From an uncultured virus (IMG/VR IMGVR_UViG_3300045999_004337) (Duplodnaviria; Heunggongvirae; Uroviricota; Caudoviricetes): DNA of 63,371 nucleotides. Numbering within the stretch: the first letter of the stretch is position 1; each line of letters opens with the position of its first letter. A program made the position numbers and the translations under genes. The notes beneath the pieces are model-generated. The model did not search any database and was not told the origin of the DNA. It saw only the letters and a program-made list of their open reading frames with translations. Shown here piece after piece: positions 1 through 10,239 of the stretch. The stretch lies in the IMG/VR virus record IMGVR_UViG_3300045999_004337; one strand, given 5' to 3'.

Positions 1-2
1 GA

Positions 3-1415
3 GAACGGCTCTCCGCTGGATGTAGTCGTGGAAGATGAGTCGCTGCGAACGCCAAACTGCACGATTCCGAACTTGAGGTTGTTCCTGACCCCCGTGATGC
101 CACCCGTGACATCGAAGGTGATTCCGACCGTCTCGATGTTGGACGAGTCCTGGTCAATCCTGCGCTTGTAGGATCTGCCTCCGGTGATACCGATCAACTG
201 CGCCCAACCCTTGACGGTTCCCGATGGAGCAGAACCGATGAGTTCCTCTCCCGCCCGCGACCAGTTGATCACATAGTTCTCGAAGTTGCTTGTCTGGACC
301 GACTGAGGACTAGATGGCTCCACGAACAGCGGCTGGAAGTTGGAGGGAAGACCGCTTTCCGACACGACCTCTACGCGGCTGATGGTGAATGCCGTGTTGC
401 CTGGATCGGGAGATCCCGTGCGGAACCTGGTTCCCATGTTGGAGTAGTCTCCGTTCAGGAACAGGATGTCTACGAAGTTGCTGTTAGTGGTATTCAAGCG
501 GCAGAAGATGTTGCCAGGAATACCGTAGTGGTAGAATGGATTGAACCTGTGGTCTCCGTCGCCAGGAGCGAACCTTTCGGCTGCGTAGTAGTTGGCTGCG
601 TTGCCATCGGGATTCGACCCAGTTCCCGTCAAGGTGAAGTTTTGAGCCGTGGTTCCACGGGCATACAAGATGTTGAACTTGTTGATGTCCTGATTGACGG
701 TCGAGATGAACTCGGTCGCTGCGACCTTGGGCTGAACCGTGACTGTGAACCAAGGAATGCTCTCGAACGAGACACCAGCCGAGGACTGCTGCGCACCGCT
801 TCCGCGATCCGAGAAGCCCGTGTATGTCACTCCGTAGTTTCCGCTAGATACTCCCGTGATGGCTCCTGCATAACCACCAAGTAGGGTGAAATCGCTGTAT
901 GCGGGGGTGGAAACGCTGTCGGATGTTCCTCCGTCGAAGAGGACGACTCTGAGCGAGTTTCCGAATGTGCCAGGATACCTTGCCTTGAAGTATGCCTTCG
1001 TCTCGATCCCGTCTCCTGCCGAGAATCCACCAAGAGTCCTGAACTGGTCGATGTTGCGGATGGTCCGCTGATCAACGCTGCCGATCCATGTCACGCCCGC
1101 ATCGTCCGATGTGGCATTGACCTCTCCAGCCTTGATGGCACGGATGACCTTCAGAGGCGAGGAGTAGCGGAGGAAGTTTGCCGCAGCGTTGAAGTCCTGG
1201 TTTCCATCGACGGCGGATGCATCGCTTGTCGGCTTTCCGAAGATGGTCGCAAGGTTGCTTTCCGTGCTGATGTTGGTGGCAACCAGACCTGGTCCCCAGT
1301 TGAAGATTCCGACCATGCCGCCAACATTGAGTCCCTCGGGGACGATGAACTGCGAGAGGTCGATCTCTGAAACATTTACTCCAGGACTGAGTTGCGTTGG
1401 AATGGGATTAGCCAT
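3..1415 (-). CDS. gp18: Second tail sheath protein paralog (partial, runs off the left edge)
   Basis: Not in the ORF track (no stop in window). Manual translation from ATG 1415: MANPIPTQLSPGVNVSEIDLSQFIVPEGLNVGGMVGIFNWGPG...FGKP...DFNAAANFLRYSSPLKVIRA, collinear with the N-terminus of the adjacent sheath gene; GGAG SD upstream. Confidence 0.85.
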   Translation of the reverse strand, partial: MANPIPTQLSPGVNVSEIDLSQFIVPEGLNVGGMVGIFNWGPGLVATNISTESNLATIFGKPTSDASAVDGNQDFNAAANFLRYSSPLKVIRAIKAGEVNATSDDAGVTWIGSVDQRTIRNIDQFRTLGGFSAGDGIETKAYFKARYPGTFGNSLRVVLFDGGTSDSVSTPAYSDFTLLGGYAGAITGVSSGNYGVTYTGFSDRGSGAQQSSAGVSFESIPWFTVTVQPKVAATEFISTVNQDINKFNILYARGTTAQNFTLTGTGSNPDGNAANYYAAERFAPGDGDHRFNPFYHYGIPGNIFCRLNTTNSNFVDILFLNGDYSNMGTRFRTGSPDPGNTAFTISRVEVVSESGLPSNFQPLFVEPSSPQSVQTSNFENYVINWSRAGEELIGSAPSGTVKGWAQLIGITGGRSYKRRIDQDSSNIETVGITFDVTGGITGVRNNLKFGIVQFGVRSDSSSTTTSSGEPF

Positions 1416-1424
1416 TTTCTCTCC

Positions 1425-3335
1425 TTAGATGATCTCGGTGAAGGTGCTGTCTGTCCTGGTCGCGATGAAGTTCAACTGGATGAAGTTGATGCTTCGGTTG
1501 GGCTTGATGAAGATGTCTGCGACGAACTGGTTGTTGTCGATGACCTGACCTGTGTTGTTGGTCTCGTCGCACACGACCTTGAAGTCGGTGATGCCGCGCT
1601 GCGCCTGTATGCTCCTGAGGTAGGGGATGACCAGGTTGCGGAACTGAGACCTAGTGAACTCGTCGTTGAACTCGAAGAGGCTGAACTTCGCTGCGGTGGA
1701 GATAGCCCTCTCCACCGTGATGAAGAGCCTACGGACATTGATTCGGTCGAACGCGGACGGCTTCTTGAGAAGGGTCTTGTCTCCGTAGAGAAGGGTTCCC
1801 TCTCCGCTGAATGTAGCCACGGGATTGACACCCGCCGAGTAGAGGATGTCACGCGCAGCCTGATCGGGGTTGAACGCCAGTTTCACGACATTCTTCAGCG
1901 ATCCACGGTTCGGTCCCGCTGGGGAGAACCAAGGCTGAGACGTGAACTCGCTCCTTGCGGCAAGACCAGCCGTGTCGGAGTTCAGAGGGATGTATCGGAA
2001 CAAGTCGTTGTACTTGTCGTAGACATACTTCCATCCGCTGTCCATGAAGACATAGGACGAGTTGATGTTGTAGGCATTGCGGGTCGCCACGACATTGTTC
2101 GTGGCTGTGATCTGAGACTTGTTGAGGACATCGCTGAGTTTTGGCGAGATGAAGACAACGCAGTCCTTGCGGGCATCAGCCATGTCCCTGAGCAACTTGA
2201 CGATGGTCTCAGCCTGTGAGTCGCCGCCAGCGCGTCCTGCCACGATGAGCGACACATCGATGTTCTCGCGGTCAGCCAACTTGGAGTAGCCGTTGGTGTA
2301 GATCCTGCTGCTGGCATTTGTTCCTGCGGTAGCACCACCGAGGCTGTAGCGGATGACCTTGGCGAATCCACCTGAGACATCGCTGAACGAAGTGCCTAGA
2401 GGCTGCTCTGAGGCTGCTCCCCAGATGCTCTTGATGTTTCCACCCCAGATGTATGTCGAGTCGTTGTTGATCGTGCTCGTCACATAGTTTGGCTGGTTGT
2501 TGTTGTCCTTGCTGTCGAAAGCCTTGGACACCGACTGATATGTCTCGAGAACGGAGTTCTTGGTTCCCGTGAAAAGACCGTCCTCGTCGATGACCGCGAT
2601 ATTCAGTTCGTCGTTCGCTCCACCGGCATTGGTTGCCTGTGTGCTGGTGTCTGCGGCAAGCGAGAAGAGATCCGCATACTTGCTGCGGTATGTGATGACG
2701 GTTCCGTTGGGAATGGTGCTTGCCACCGTGCTCTTGAGGGTGGCAGTCAGACCAGTGGCAGCGTCGATGAGGAAGACCTGCGAGAAGTTCTGCGTCTGGA
2801 ATATGAGTTTGTCGTTCTCCTCGACCGTTCCGCCGATTGCCGTGGTGAAGGTGATGGTGTTCGTTCCAGACGAGGCGGTGGCTCCGAGAGTCAGGCTAGC
2901 CTGTCCGTCTCCGTCCAGAACCACGACCTTGAGGGAGTTTCCGATGACACCTGGGCAGCGGGCATAGAAGGGAAGGGTCAAGCCCGATCCAGCAGCGAAG
3001 AAATCATCGTCGTTGAGGTAGATCTGACCAGTCGCTCCGCTGGAGTTTGCCGTTGTCTCGTCGCTTCCGACGACGCGGACGATCTTGAGGTTTCTCCCAT
3101 ATTGGAGGAAGTTAGCCGCAGAATGGAAGTCGATGCCGTCATCCGTGCGAGTAGGCTTTCCGAAAACCCTTACGAGATCGTCTTCGGAAGTGACGGTGAC
3201 GACCTTTTCGGCTGGTCCCCACTGAAACACGCCAGCAAAGCCACCTGTGGTGGTCGAGAGGTTTGGAACCACCGTGGTGAGGTCGATTTCCGAAAAGTTC
3301 ACACCAGGACTAAGTTGTACGGGCAGTCTGCTCAT
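1425..3335 (-). CDS. gp18: Tail sheath protein
   Basis: LSPGVNFSEIDLT, FQWGP, WFSPAG, GDKT and FDRINVRRLF motifs of T4 gp18. Confidence 0.97.
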   Translation of the reverse strand: MSRLPVQLSPGVNFSEIDLTTVVPNLSTTTGGFAGVFQWGPAEKVVTVTSEDDLVRVFGKPTRTDDGIDFHSAANFLQYGRNLKIVRVVGSDETTANSSGATGQIYLNDDDFFAAGSGLTLPFYARCPGVIGNSLKVVVLDGDGQASLTLGATASSGTNTITFTTAIGGTVEENDKLIFQTQNFSQVFLIDAATGLTATLKSTVASTIPNGTVITYRSKYADLFSLAADTSTQATNAGGANDELNIAVIDEDGLFTGTKNSVLETYQSVSKAFDSKDNNNQPNYVTSTINNDSTYIWGGNIKSIWGAASEQPLGTSFSDVSGGFAKVIRYSLGGATAGTNASSRIYTNGYSKLADRENIDVSLIVAGRAGGDSQAETIVKLLRDMADARKDCVVFISPKLSDVLNKSQITATNNVVATRNAYNINSSYVFMDSGWKYVYDKYNDLFRYIPLNSDTAGLAARSEFTSQPWFSPAGPNRGSLKNVVKLAFNPDQAARDILYSAGVNPVATFSGEGTLLYGDKTLLKKPSAFDRINVRRLFITVERAISTAAKFSLFEFNDEFTRSQFRNLVIPYLRSIQAQRGITDFKVVCDETNNTGQVIDNNQFVADIFIKPNRSINFIQLNFIATRTDSTFTEII

Positions 3336-3385
3336 TTGTTTCTCCCAATGAATCTACTCTCGTATGTATCATTTTGAGTATTTGC

Positions 3386-5080
3386 TCAGTACCACCCACC
3401 CGCGCCATGATTCATGCGGTCTTCCCAGAACTTCTCCGCGTTTTCCTTGTGCCAGACCGCACCGTCCTCGAATGCCGTGGTGGAAATCTCGTCATCCACC
3501 CCGTCCTCGACGAACCCAAACGGAAGCATCTCCTCCTCTATCTTCTCTATCTGCTCCTTGTAGATGTCCTTCTTGATGTCCATGTTGGTGACATCCTTGA
3601 AGTAGGGCTGAGTGGACATCCACCCGAAGAGAACCAGTGTCATCACAAGGTCGTCGTTGTAGCCAGCCTCAGCCTCGAACGAGTTTCTCTTGGACACATA
3701 AGAGTAGAGTTCCTTGATTGTGTCGAAGTCCTCCACGATCAGGCTGTTTCCCTCCAGCAGGGTCTTGAGGACGGAGCATCCAAGACGCTTGACCACCTCG
3801 GATGTACGGACTCCGAACTGCTTGGTTCCTACTCCGAACCCGCCGTCCATGACCTGACCCTTCCTTCCCCTGTGGGTGCATTTCAGGAGGTTCTCGTATT
3901 CCAGTTCCGAGTGGATGGCATCAGCCACCTGTCCTCCCATGTCGTTTATCTCGACCAGCACATGCGCATTGTTGTACTGCCTTGCTGCCATGTGGATGAC
4001 ATTCGGGAAGATCAGGGGGGATATCTTGTTGTTGCGGAAGGTGGCAACCACCTTGTAGGGTGTGCTGGTGATGTCGAACACGCTGAAGGCAGAGTAGTCC
4101 TGCTCCGTTCCATGCGAGACATCCACCGCCATGGCATAGATGTGCTTTGGTTCAGCCTTCTCGTACACCTTGAACCCCTCTCCGTTCTCGAATACGGGGT
4201 TCTTGTACGCCAGCGTCTTCAACTTGGCTGGCGATATGAGGGTGTGGATGGAGCCTAGGAACTCGCAGTTGTGCTCGGTGTTGAACTGCTCAAGAGAGGT
4301 GTTGGCAATCGTCTCTTCCATCCACTTCTCGTCGCGACCAGGAACATCAGACCAGTGGACTTCTATCGGGATGTATGTGTTCCTCTTGTTCGTGGCATCC
4401 GTCCACATCTTGTAGAACATGTTCATGCCGTGGGGAGTGGACACCACGATCATCTTGGTGTCCTTGCCGGACGAAATGGTCGGATAGACCGAGGAGAAGA
4501 ACTCTTCAGCCACATTGTCGGGGACATAGGCAAACTCGTCCAGTAGGATGGCATTCAGGGACATACCACGGACAGCCGATGACGAGGTCGCTGAAGCGAT
4601 GACGCGAGACCCGTTCTCAAGTTGGATCGACCCCTTGTTCCACTCCGTGATTCCCTGCTGAAGCCACCTTGGAAGATACTCGTATGCCAGTTTCAGCCTG
4701 GCAAGAAGTTCCCTTGCCGTGCTCATCTTGTTGGCAAGGATAGCCACATTCATGCTCTGGTTGAACAGGATGTAGTGCAGGAGATAGGCAGTCACCGTGG
4801 TTGACTTGCCAGCCTGTCGCGGCAACTTGGCAATGACGAACCTGTTCTCGTGGATCGTCCGCACTATCTCTTCCTGGTAGTCGTAGAGGTCGAAGGGAAC
4901 GAGACCCTTGTCTAGCGACACAATCTTGATGTATTTCTGCACGAAGTAGATGGGATCCCTGGCACATCGTGCGTATTCCGCCACCTGCTCCTGAGTCCAG
5001 TTTATCTTGACCCCAGGAGCCTTGAGGTTCTGGTTTCCCATGTACCAGCCTTCTGTCTTTGCTTCAGGCATCTTCGCCAT
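3386..5080 (-). CDS. gp17: Terminase large subunit
   Basis: YMGNQNLK N-terminus, Walker A PRQAGKST, Walker B LLDEFA, STPHG, C-terminal nuclease DDLVM. Confidence 0.98.
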   Translation of the reverse strand: MAKMPEAKTEGWYMGNQNLKAPGVKINWTQEQVAEYARCARDPIYFVQKYIKIVSLDKGLVPFDLYDYQEEIVRTIHENRFVIAKLPRQAGKSTTVTAYLLHYILFNQSMNVAILANKMSTARELLARLKLAYEYLPRWLQQGITEWNKGSIQLENGSRVIASATSSSAVRGMSLNAILLDEFAYVPDNVAEEFFSSVYPTISSGKDTKMIVVSTPHGMNMFYKMWTDATNKRNTYIPIEVHWSDVPGRDEKWMEETIANTSLEQFNTEHNCEFLGSIHTLISPAKLKTLAYKNPVFENGEGFKVYEKAEPKHIYAMAVDVSHGTEQDYSAFSVFDITSTPYKVVATFRNNKISPLIFPNVIHMAARQYNNAHVLVEINDMGGQVADAIHSELEYENLLKCTHRGRKGQVMDGGFGVGTKQFGVRTSEVVKRLGCSVLKTLLEGNSLIVEDFDTIKELYSYVSKRNSFEAEAGYNDDLVMTLVLFGWMSTQPYFKDVTNMDIKKDIYKEQIEKIEEEMLPFGFVEDGVDDEISTTAFEDGAVWHKENAEKFWEDRMNHGAGGWY

Positions 5081-5552
5081 CCTTCACTTCCGATTGGTCT
5101 ATGATCTGCCGCGCTTCGTCCATGGCTTTGGAGAAACTGCGCTTTGGGTTTATGAGTTCCTGAAGATCCTTCGTGGAACCAAGGAACAAGGCATTGTTTA
5201 TGTTCGTCTCGCCCTTGCTTTGGTACTTTTCCTGCTTGATGGTCTTCATGCGCTGATGCAGTTCGACCAAGTCCTTGTTGGTCTCCGCTACTGCCTTTAT
5301 CATCTGCGCGACCACTTCGTAAGCCCGTGGTTCCTCGACCTCGGTTGCCACCTTCAAGGCTCCGTCCACAGCCATGAACCCAAGACTGATGAGTTCCCGA
5401 AGGTTCTCCCTTGCCTTCTGGAAGTCCTTGTCTGCCTCGTCCATGTCCGTCTTGACGGCAAGCGGCTGACCATCCTTCCTTGCCAAAGGGGCTTCATCTG
5501 GCTGTATGTTGAGTATCTCCGAGAGGCTGTCGTCCATCTTTCCCATGCTCAT
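5064..5552 (-). CDS. gp16: Terminase small subunit
   Basis: PRAYEV and NNALFLGSTKDLQ motifs; directly upstream of gp17. Confidence 0.93.
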   Translation of the reverse strand: MSMGKMDDSLSEILNIQPDEAPLARKDGQPLAVKTDMDEADKDFQKARENLRELISLGFMAVDGALKVATEVEEPRAYEVVAQMIKAVAETNKDLVELHQRMKTIKQEKYQSKGETNINNALFLGSTKDLQELINPKRSFSKAMDEARQIIDQSEVKDGEDA

Positions 5553-5561
5553 CGCCTTTCA

Positions 5562-5729
5562 TCATGTGTTGCCCACCAGGTACACCCTGATTATCTCCTT
5601 GTAAGAGAAACCCGTAGCCCCGTCGAATGTAGCCCCATCGGAGAATGTCACCCCGAGGAAGTTAGTCTGCGTTATCCCCACCGTGTAGTTGGTCAGGAAG
5701 CCGTCAAGAGTCTTTTCGTTGATCGTCAT
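5562..5729 (-). CDS. 55-aa hypothetical protein rich in GxT motifs
   Basis: Manual: MTINEKTLDGFLTNYTVGITQTNFLGVTFSDGATFDGATGFSYKEIIRVYLVGNT*; ATGA overlap with gp15 stop, fills the gp15-gp16 gap. Confidence 0.65.
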   Translation of the reverse strand: MTINEKTLDGFLTNYTVGITQTNFLGVTFSDGATFDGATGFSYKEIIRVYLVGNT

Positions 5730-6385
5730 GGTTCGCTCATCAGTTCTTGGAATGTGAGGCGAACCTCGCGGATGATTCCCGAAGTCCTGATTCTGCCGAA
5801 GACGAATGACTTGGCTGTGAAACTGAGGGTGTGGGTGACCATCCTGCGGGTCATCAGGTCTCCCTCATATTCCTCCGTGGCATTCACCGAGTTCAATATG
5901 ATCGGCACATCGATCTTCTTGTCCAGTTCCGTGAAGTTCATCGTGATGGTGAAGTCGGGGGTGAAGTTGGGCAGTATCTGCTCGACTATCTGATGACCGT
6001 CCTCGATGTTCCTAGTCATGATGTTCAGGGTGAACTGGATGTTGTAGGGAACCTGATGGTAGGTGTTGGACAGCGTCTGATCCAGTTCGTCCTTCGGGGA
6101 AGTGGTCTTGTTGAGGGTGTTCAGTTTCCTTCCGCCGTCATACTGCATTCCCGTTATCTCGAAGCCGATCCTAGGAAGGATGTTCTCTACCGTGTCCCTG
6201 TCGCCAGCCTCGTCAAGTTCGATGACCCTTCTGTAGAACTTCTCCTTGGGACCATACGAGATGGGAACCTTGATCCTCTTCTTGCTGCTGTCGGGATACT
6301 CATGCTCCACGAACACCTCGTCGAAGAGGGATCCGAATGCGACCACCAGTTTCCGTATGCTACCGTTGTAGAAGTAGTCGAACAC
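5726..6385 (-). CDS. gp15: Tail sheath stabilizer/completion protein
   Basis: FYNGSIRKLVVAFGSLF, KVPISYGPKEK, LPRIGFEI, QIVEQILPNFTP. Confidence 0.95.
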   Translation of the reverse strand: MFDYFYNGSIRKLVVAFGSLFDEVFVEHEYPDSSKKRIKVPISYGPKEKFYRRVIELDEAGDRDTVENILPRIGFEITGMQYDGGRKLNTLNKTTSPKDELDQTLSNTYHQVPYNIQFTLNIMTRNIEDGHQIVEQILPNFTPDFTITMNFTELDKKIDVPIILNSVNATEEYEGDLMTRRMVTHTLSFTAKSFVFGRIRTSGIIREVRLTFQELMSEP

Positions 6386-6388
6386 GGA

Positions 6389-7240
6389 TCACCACCTTCC
6401 CTCTCCGAACGGGTCTTTGTCCGTGAAGTCGATTATGTCCTTCGCGGCTCTCTCCCTTTCTATGGCATGGCTGTCGTCTGCGTTGGTGTCCAGGTACTTT
6501 TCGTCCGTGGACGCAAGGGCTGTGTATGTGGTCTGCACTCCCGACTTCCCCCCCTTCAGCGGAAGAAGGATGTCGGGTGTCCCCACCTCGTCGCTGACCT
6601 TGAGCGTCTTCTCCTGCTGCTTGTAGTCGATGACGGTCGCCTTGTATGTGCTGCTGGAGAATGCAGCACCCTGATAGATGGTCTCGCCTTCCTGGAAGGT
6701 GACTCCTGCTGACAGCGTGAACGACCTGATCGGCTTCACCAGGTTGGTCTCTATGGCATCCACTTCCACGATCTCCGTGTCCAGTTTCTCCGCGTTGTAG
6801 CGGAACCTCTCGCAGTAGAGTTCATATGCAAAGAACGAGTTCCTGTTGTTGACATACTTGATCTCAAACAGACCCCCGTAGTCGGGAAAGTAGACCAGGT
6901 CTCCTTCCTGAGGGATGGTGTCCGTCCCGTACTTCGCGCTTTCCTCGGTGAACCTGCTCTTTGCCACCATGAGGTTCAATGAGTCCTGCAAGTTGATTCC
7001 GAACTTGTCTATCACCCTGCCTAGAGACTCGTAGAACTCGTAGTTGCTGACGAACATCTCTATCTGAAAACTCTTCTCGAACTTGGATATGGTGTCCTCT
7101 CCGAAGAGAGCGTCCAAGTTCTGAAACTTCCTGAAGATGTAGTGGACATCGAAGCCGAAGATCTGTATCTGCTCCTTGACCAGTTGCTCCAGAAGGTTTG
7201 AGTCCCTGAACGAGACCTTGAAGTAGGGGTTTCTTGCCAT
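6389..7240 (-). CDS. gp14: Neck protein
   Basis: NPYF N-terminus, PQEGDLVYFP, C-terminal DFTDKDPFGE; synteny. Confidence 0.93.
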   Translation of the reverse strand: MARNPYFKVSFRDSNLLEQLVKEQIQIFGFDVHYIFRKFQNLDALFGEDTISKFEKSFQIEMFVSNYEFYESLGRVIDKFGINLQDSLNLMVAKSRFTEESAKYGTDTIPQEGDLVYFPDYGGLFEIKYVNNRNSFFAYELYCERFRYNAEKLDTEIVEVDAIETNLVKPIRSFTLSAGVTFQEGETIYQGAAFSSSTYKATVIDYKQQEKTLKVSDEVGTPDILLPLKGGKSGVQTTYTALASTDEKYLDTNADDSHAIERERAAKDIIDFTDKDPFGEGRW

Positions 7241-8011
7241 TTAGCCCACCATGAAATCCACGGGCAGTTCGTACTTGGATTGAACCGTGTCCTCTATCTT
7301 GTTGATCTCGTCCACGGCTTCGCTGTAGATGAGAGCGGCATCGAACTTCATCCCGCCAGGCAAGGGGATGTCCTTGAACTTGATGAGGTTCGATGCCCAC
7401 TGCCGCTTGATGAGTGCGGTAACATACTTCTTGAGGAGGCGGTCGTTGTATATCTCTGGGAATGTGTCGGCATTCAGGGCAACATACGACTCTACGAGTA
7501 TCTTGTCTCCCACATCGAATGTCTTCGTCCAGTCGGTTCCCAACTTGATGCGGTTGGTCACTCGGCTGAACTCTACCTGCTTCTCGGGATTGAGGAACAA
7601 CTGAAGCATGTTGAGATACTGCTTCGTGCTGTCGTAGTAGTTCAGGTTGGACGATCCAGTGAGGAAGCCGTTGAAGTAGTCGTTGAGCATCAACTGATAC
7701 TGAACGCTGAACATCCCGCTCTGCACAGCCTGATCGACCACGAAGACCTTCTGTATGCTCACTATCTCCGCTCCAGTCGAACCCGTGGGGATGCTGGCTG
7801 TGGAGATGTACTTGTTGTCGATGTCCTGCTGAGTTATGGTGTAGGGAAGGTATGCCTTCTCTATTCCGTCGAAGTGGTACTGAGAGAAGAACTGCAAGGC
7901 ATCGTCTATGCGATCCTCGACCTGAGCGTCATCCACGTTGATTTCGATGACGGGAAACCCTAGCCTTCTGAGGGCATAGTCCTTGAGTTGTTCCCTTGAT
8001 CCGATGGACAT
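7241..8011 (-). CDS. gp13: Neck protein
   Basis: LRRLGFPVIEINVDDAQVEDRIDDALQ, YHFDG, IKRQWASNLIKF, PVDFMVG. Confidence 0.95.
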   Translation of the reverse strand: MSIGSREQLKDYALRRLGFPVIEINVDDAQVEDRIDDALQFFSQYHFDGIEKAYLPYTITQQDIDNKYISTASIPTGSTGAEIVSIQKVFVVDQAVQSGMFSVQYQLMLNDYFNGFLTGSSNLNYYDSTKQYLNMLQLFLNPEKQVEFSRVTNRIKLGTDWTKTFDVGDKILVESYVALNADTFPEIYNDRLLKKYVTALIKRQWASNLIKFKDIPLPGGMKFDAALIYSEAVDEINKIEDTVQSKYELPVDFMVG

Positions 8012-8304
8012 GGTTGCCTCCTTTCATTCCGAAGATTCTCAAAGTATCTAGCGTCGTTCTCTCTTTGGCTCCTGCACATCCTCAGTTCAGCGAGGCGATG
8101 CGCCAAATCATCGATGCCAGAGCAAGGAACTGGTAGACCCCTCTGCACATGTCCATCGGAGATGTAGTGGCGGCTGGTGTCGTAATAGTGAACCAGTTCT
8201 CCGGCATGGGGATAGTGAGGATTCACCATCAGTATGTCTGTAATGTGAAACTGCTCTCCTTGGAAGAAAACAACATCGCCGGATCTGTTGAACACCACGC
8301 TCAT
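7960..8304 (-). CDS. Hypothetical protein
   Basis: ATGA overlap with the upstream gene's stop; fills the gap to gp13 and overlaps its start. Confidence 0.55.
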   Translation of the reverse strand: MSVVFNRSGDVVFFQGEQFHITDILMVNPHYPHAGELVHYYDTSRHYISDGHVQRGLPVPCSGIDDLAHRLAELRMCRSQRENDARYFENLRNERRQPCPSDQGNNSRTMPSEG

Positions 8305-10229
8305 GCCACTTCGTTCGAGCCTCCATCGTTGGTTCCAAGGTATTCTCCCGTCTTCTTTGCGTATGTCAGGAATCTGGAGATCTTCGCTGAGGACTTGCTT
8401 CCTGCTGTTTTCAGGCTCGCCGTGAGAGAGTCGAACGCCTCCTTGTTCTTGGACTGATATTCCAGCAGGTCCAACCTGAGATTGCTCATTTCGGTCGGGC
8501 TGATGTTTCTTGTTATGCCCATTCCATCAACGAAGGAATACGATGCCTGAGATATTCCCTGCGTGATCAGATAGCCGTTCTCCATGATGTAGGACATCAT
8601 AAGTCTGTTCGTTGGGTCTATGAACAGAGCGGTATAGGCATTTGCTCCTCCGTAGCAGTTGCCCGCTCCACCCGAAAACAGTCTTCGGTATGGATTCTGA
8701 CCAAACTGGCTGGCTAGAGGGCTGCCGCTGGAACCACGGTTCCCCGAAGCCCCCTCGATCATTACGAACTGCAAGAACCCATATTCATAGATCGAATCAT
8801 TGGTGTAGTTCTTCACTATCGTGTCAAGAGACGGGTTGTTGTCGTACACACCATGCAAGGCAAAGCAATGGTCGTATCCCCACGGTCCAGTGTATCCCGT
8901 TCCTCCCACGGGGTAAAACTGACGAACTATTGCACCGTAGTTGGTCGAGAATCCAGTGGCATCCGAAAGCCCAGTTGCTCCGTCTATCCCCAAGGCATAT
9001 CTCACCACATCGGATACGCCAAGTTCAGTGGAATCCAGAAACGTAGATCCTGGAACGCTCTGACTCGTTATGCGCCTCGCGTATGAACGGATGTAATCCG
9101 TGCTCTCCGCAAAGAAGTTGGAACTGCCAGATACGCCGTCAAAGTGCATGATCACAGCCGTCTCGGAACTTATGGTGAACCCGCTGACCGTGGAACCAGC
9201 CAGAGTTCCGCCTCCGAACGGAAGGAATCCATATCCACCTGTCCCGAAAACTCCAGCGGTTCCGGTTGATTCCAGCAACCTGAAGTTGTCGATGTAGCCA
9301 TCGAACGATTCCGTTCCTGCTGGATTGTTTCCGAGGAACAATCCGCCATTTCCACGGGTTTCGGGGAAAGACCCCGCCGTGACGCTGACGAGGAACTTGT
9401 TTGCGTGATTGAAGTATCCCGACATCGCATAGCACACGCCAGCCCCGTTCCTCACTAGAGCCACGGCTATATGATGCCATTGGTTGACGGTCAAGCCAGC
9501 GGTGTTGACGATGTTTTCGGTTTTGTCGTATCCGGCAGTGGTTCCATAGGTCTGCCAGGCAAACTGAAGTTGACCAGCAGAACTGTCGAACGAAATCTTC
9601 CAGTTTGCCGATGCTCCAGTCGGTCCCTTCTGAACAAGGGTGAAGTTGTTGGCGGTGGATGTCGGATAGAAGTACATCTCCACGGCGTAGGAGAATGTTC
9701 CTCCCTTGGCAATGTCGTTGTGCGGAGCGGTAGCACCGCCGGTTTGATTCCTCTTGCTGAGGTTTGTTATGTGGATGAAGCCGCCCGTGTATCCCGTCAG
9801 GCTACGGGTGAACTTGCAGGATCCACTTCCGCAGATGAAAACCGAATTGTCGTGCTTCGGTCTGGTCGTTGGATCCTGCTGATTGAACACGGGAACAGCC
9901 TTGGTGATGTCCTGAATCACCCTGGTGTTTCGGTTTATCGTTTGCTGTGGATTCTCCATGAACAGCGTTACCTCAACCCGTGGATCATATGTCGATGAGT
10001 CGGAAAACTTGAACGATTCCTCTCCTGTGGTCAAAGGAGTGAATGAACCATCGAGGGTTTCGGTGAGGACTGTGTCGGGTGGAAGAAGGCTTTCTTCCAC
10101 CAGCCCGAATGCTCCGGGCATGGAATAAAGAGCGGGAGAACCCAGAAAGGTTGACTCGGAAGGGTACGTTTCTGGCGAAACAGACAGGATTTTCCCGTCC
10201 GAATCGAATGTGCATATCTTGTATCCCAT
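8301..10229 (-). CDS. LamG/concanavalin-A-like domain virion protein
   Basis: VEMYFYP, NQWHHIAVALVR, FLGN, FDGYIDNFRL typical of LamG-like domains. Confidence 0.8.
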   Translation of the reverse strand: MGYKICTFDSDGKILSVSPETYPSESTFLGSPALYSMPGAFGLVEESLLPPDTVLTETLDGSFTPLTTGEESFKFSDSSTYDPRVEVTLFMENPQQTINRNTRVIQDITKAVPVFNQQDPTTRPKHDNSVFICGSGSCKFTRSLTGYTGGFIHITNLSKRNQTGGATAPHNDIAKGGTFSYAVEMYFYPTSTANNFTLVQKGPTGASANWKISFDSSAGQLQFAWQTYGTTAGYDKTENIVNTAGLTVNQWHHIAVALVRNGAGVCYAMSGYFNHANKFLVSVTAGSFPETRGNGGLFLGNNPAGTESFDGYIDNFRLLESTGTAGVFGTGGYGFLPFGGGTLAGSTVSGFTISSETAVIMHFDGVSGSSNFFAESTDYIRSYARRITSQSVPGSTFLDSTELGVSDVVRYALGIDGATGLSDATGFSTNYGAIVRQFYPVGGTGYTGPWGYDHCFALHGVYDNNPSLDTIVKNYTNDSIYEYGFLQFVMIEGASGNRGSSGSPLASQFGQNPYRRLFSGGAGNCYGGANAYTALFIDPTNRLMMSYIMENGYLITQGISQASYSFVDGMGITRNISPTEMSNLRLDLLEYQSKNKEAFDSLTASLKTAGSKSSAKISRFLTYAKKTGEYLGTNDGGSNEVA

Positions 10230-10239
10230 TGATGGTTCC

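Noticed and set aside
3386..5080. Intein or intron in the terminase
   Set aside because: Normal length with continuous motifs
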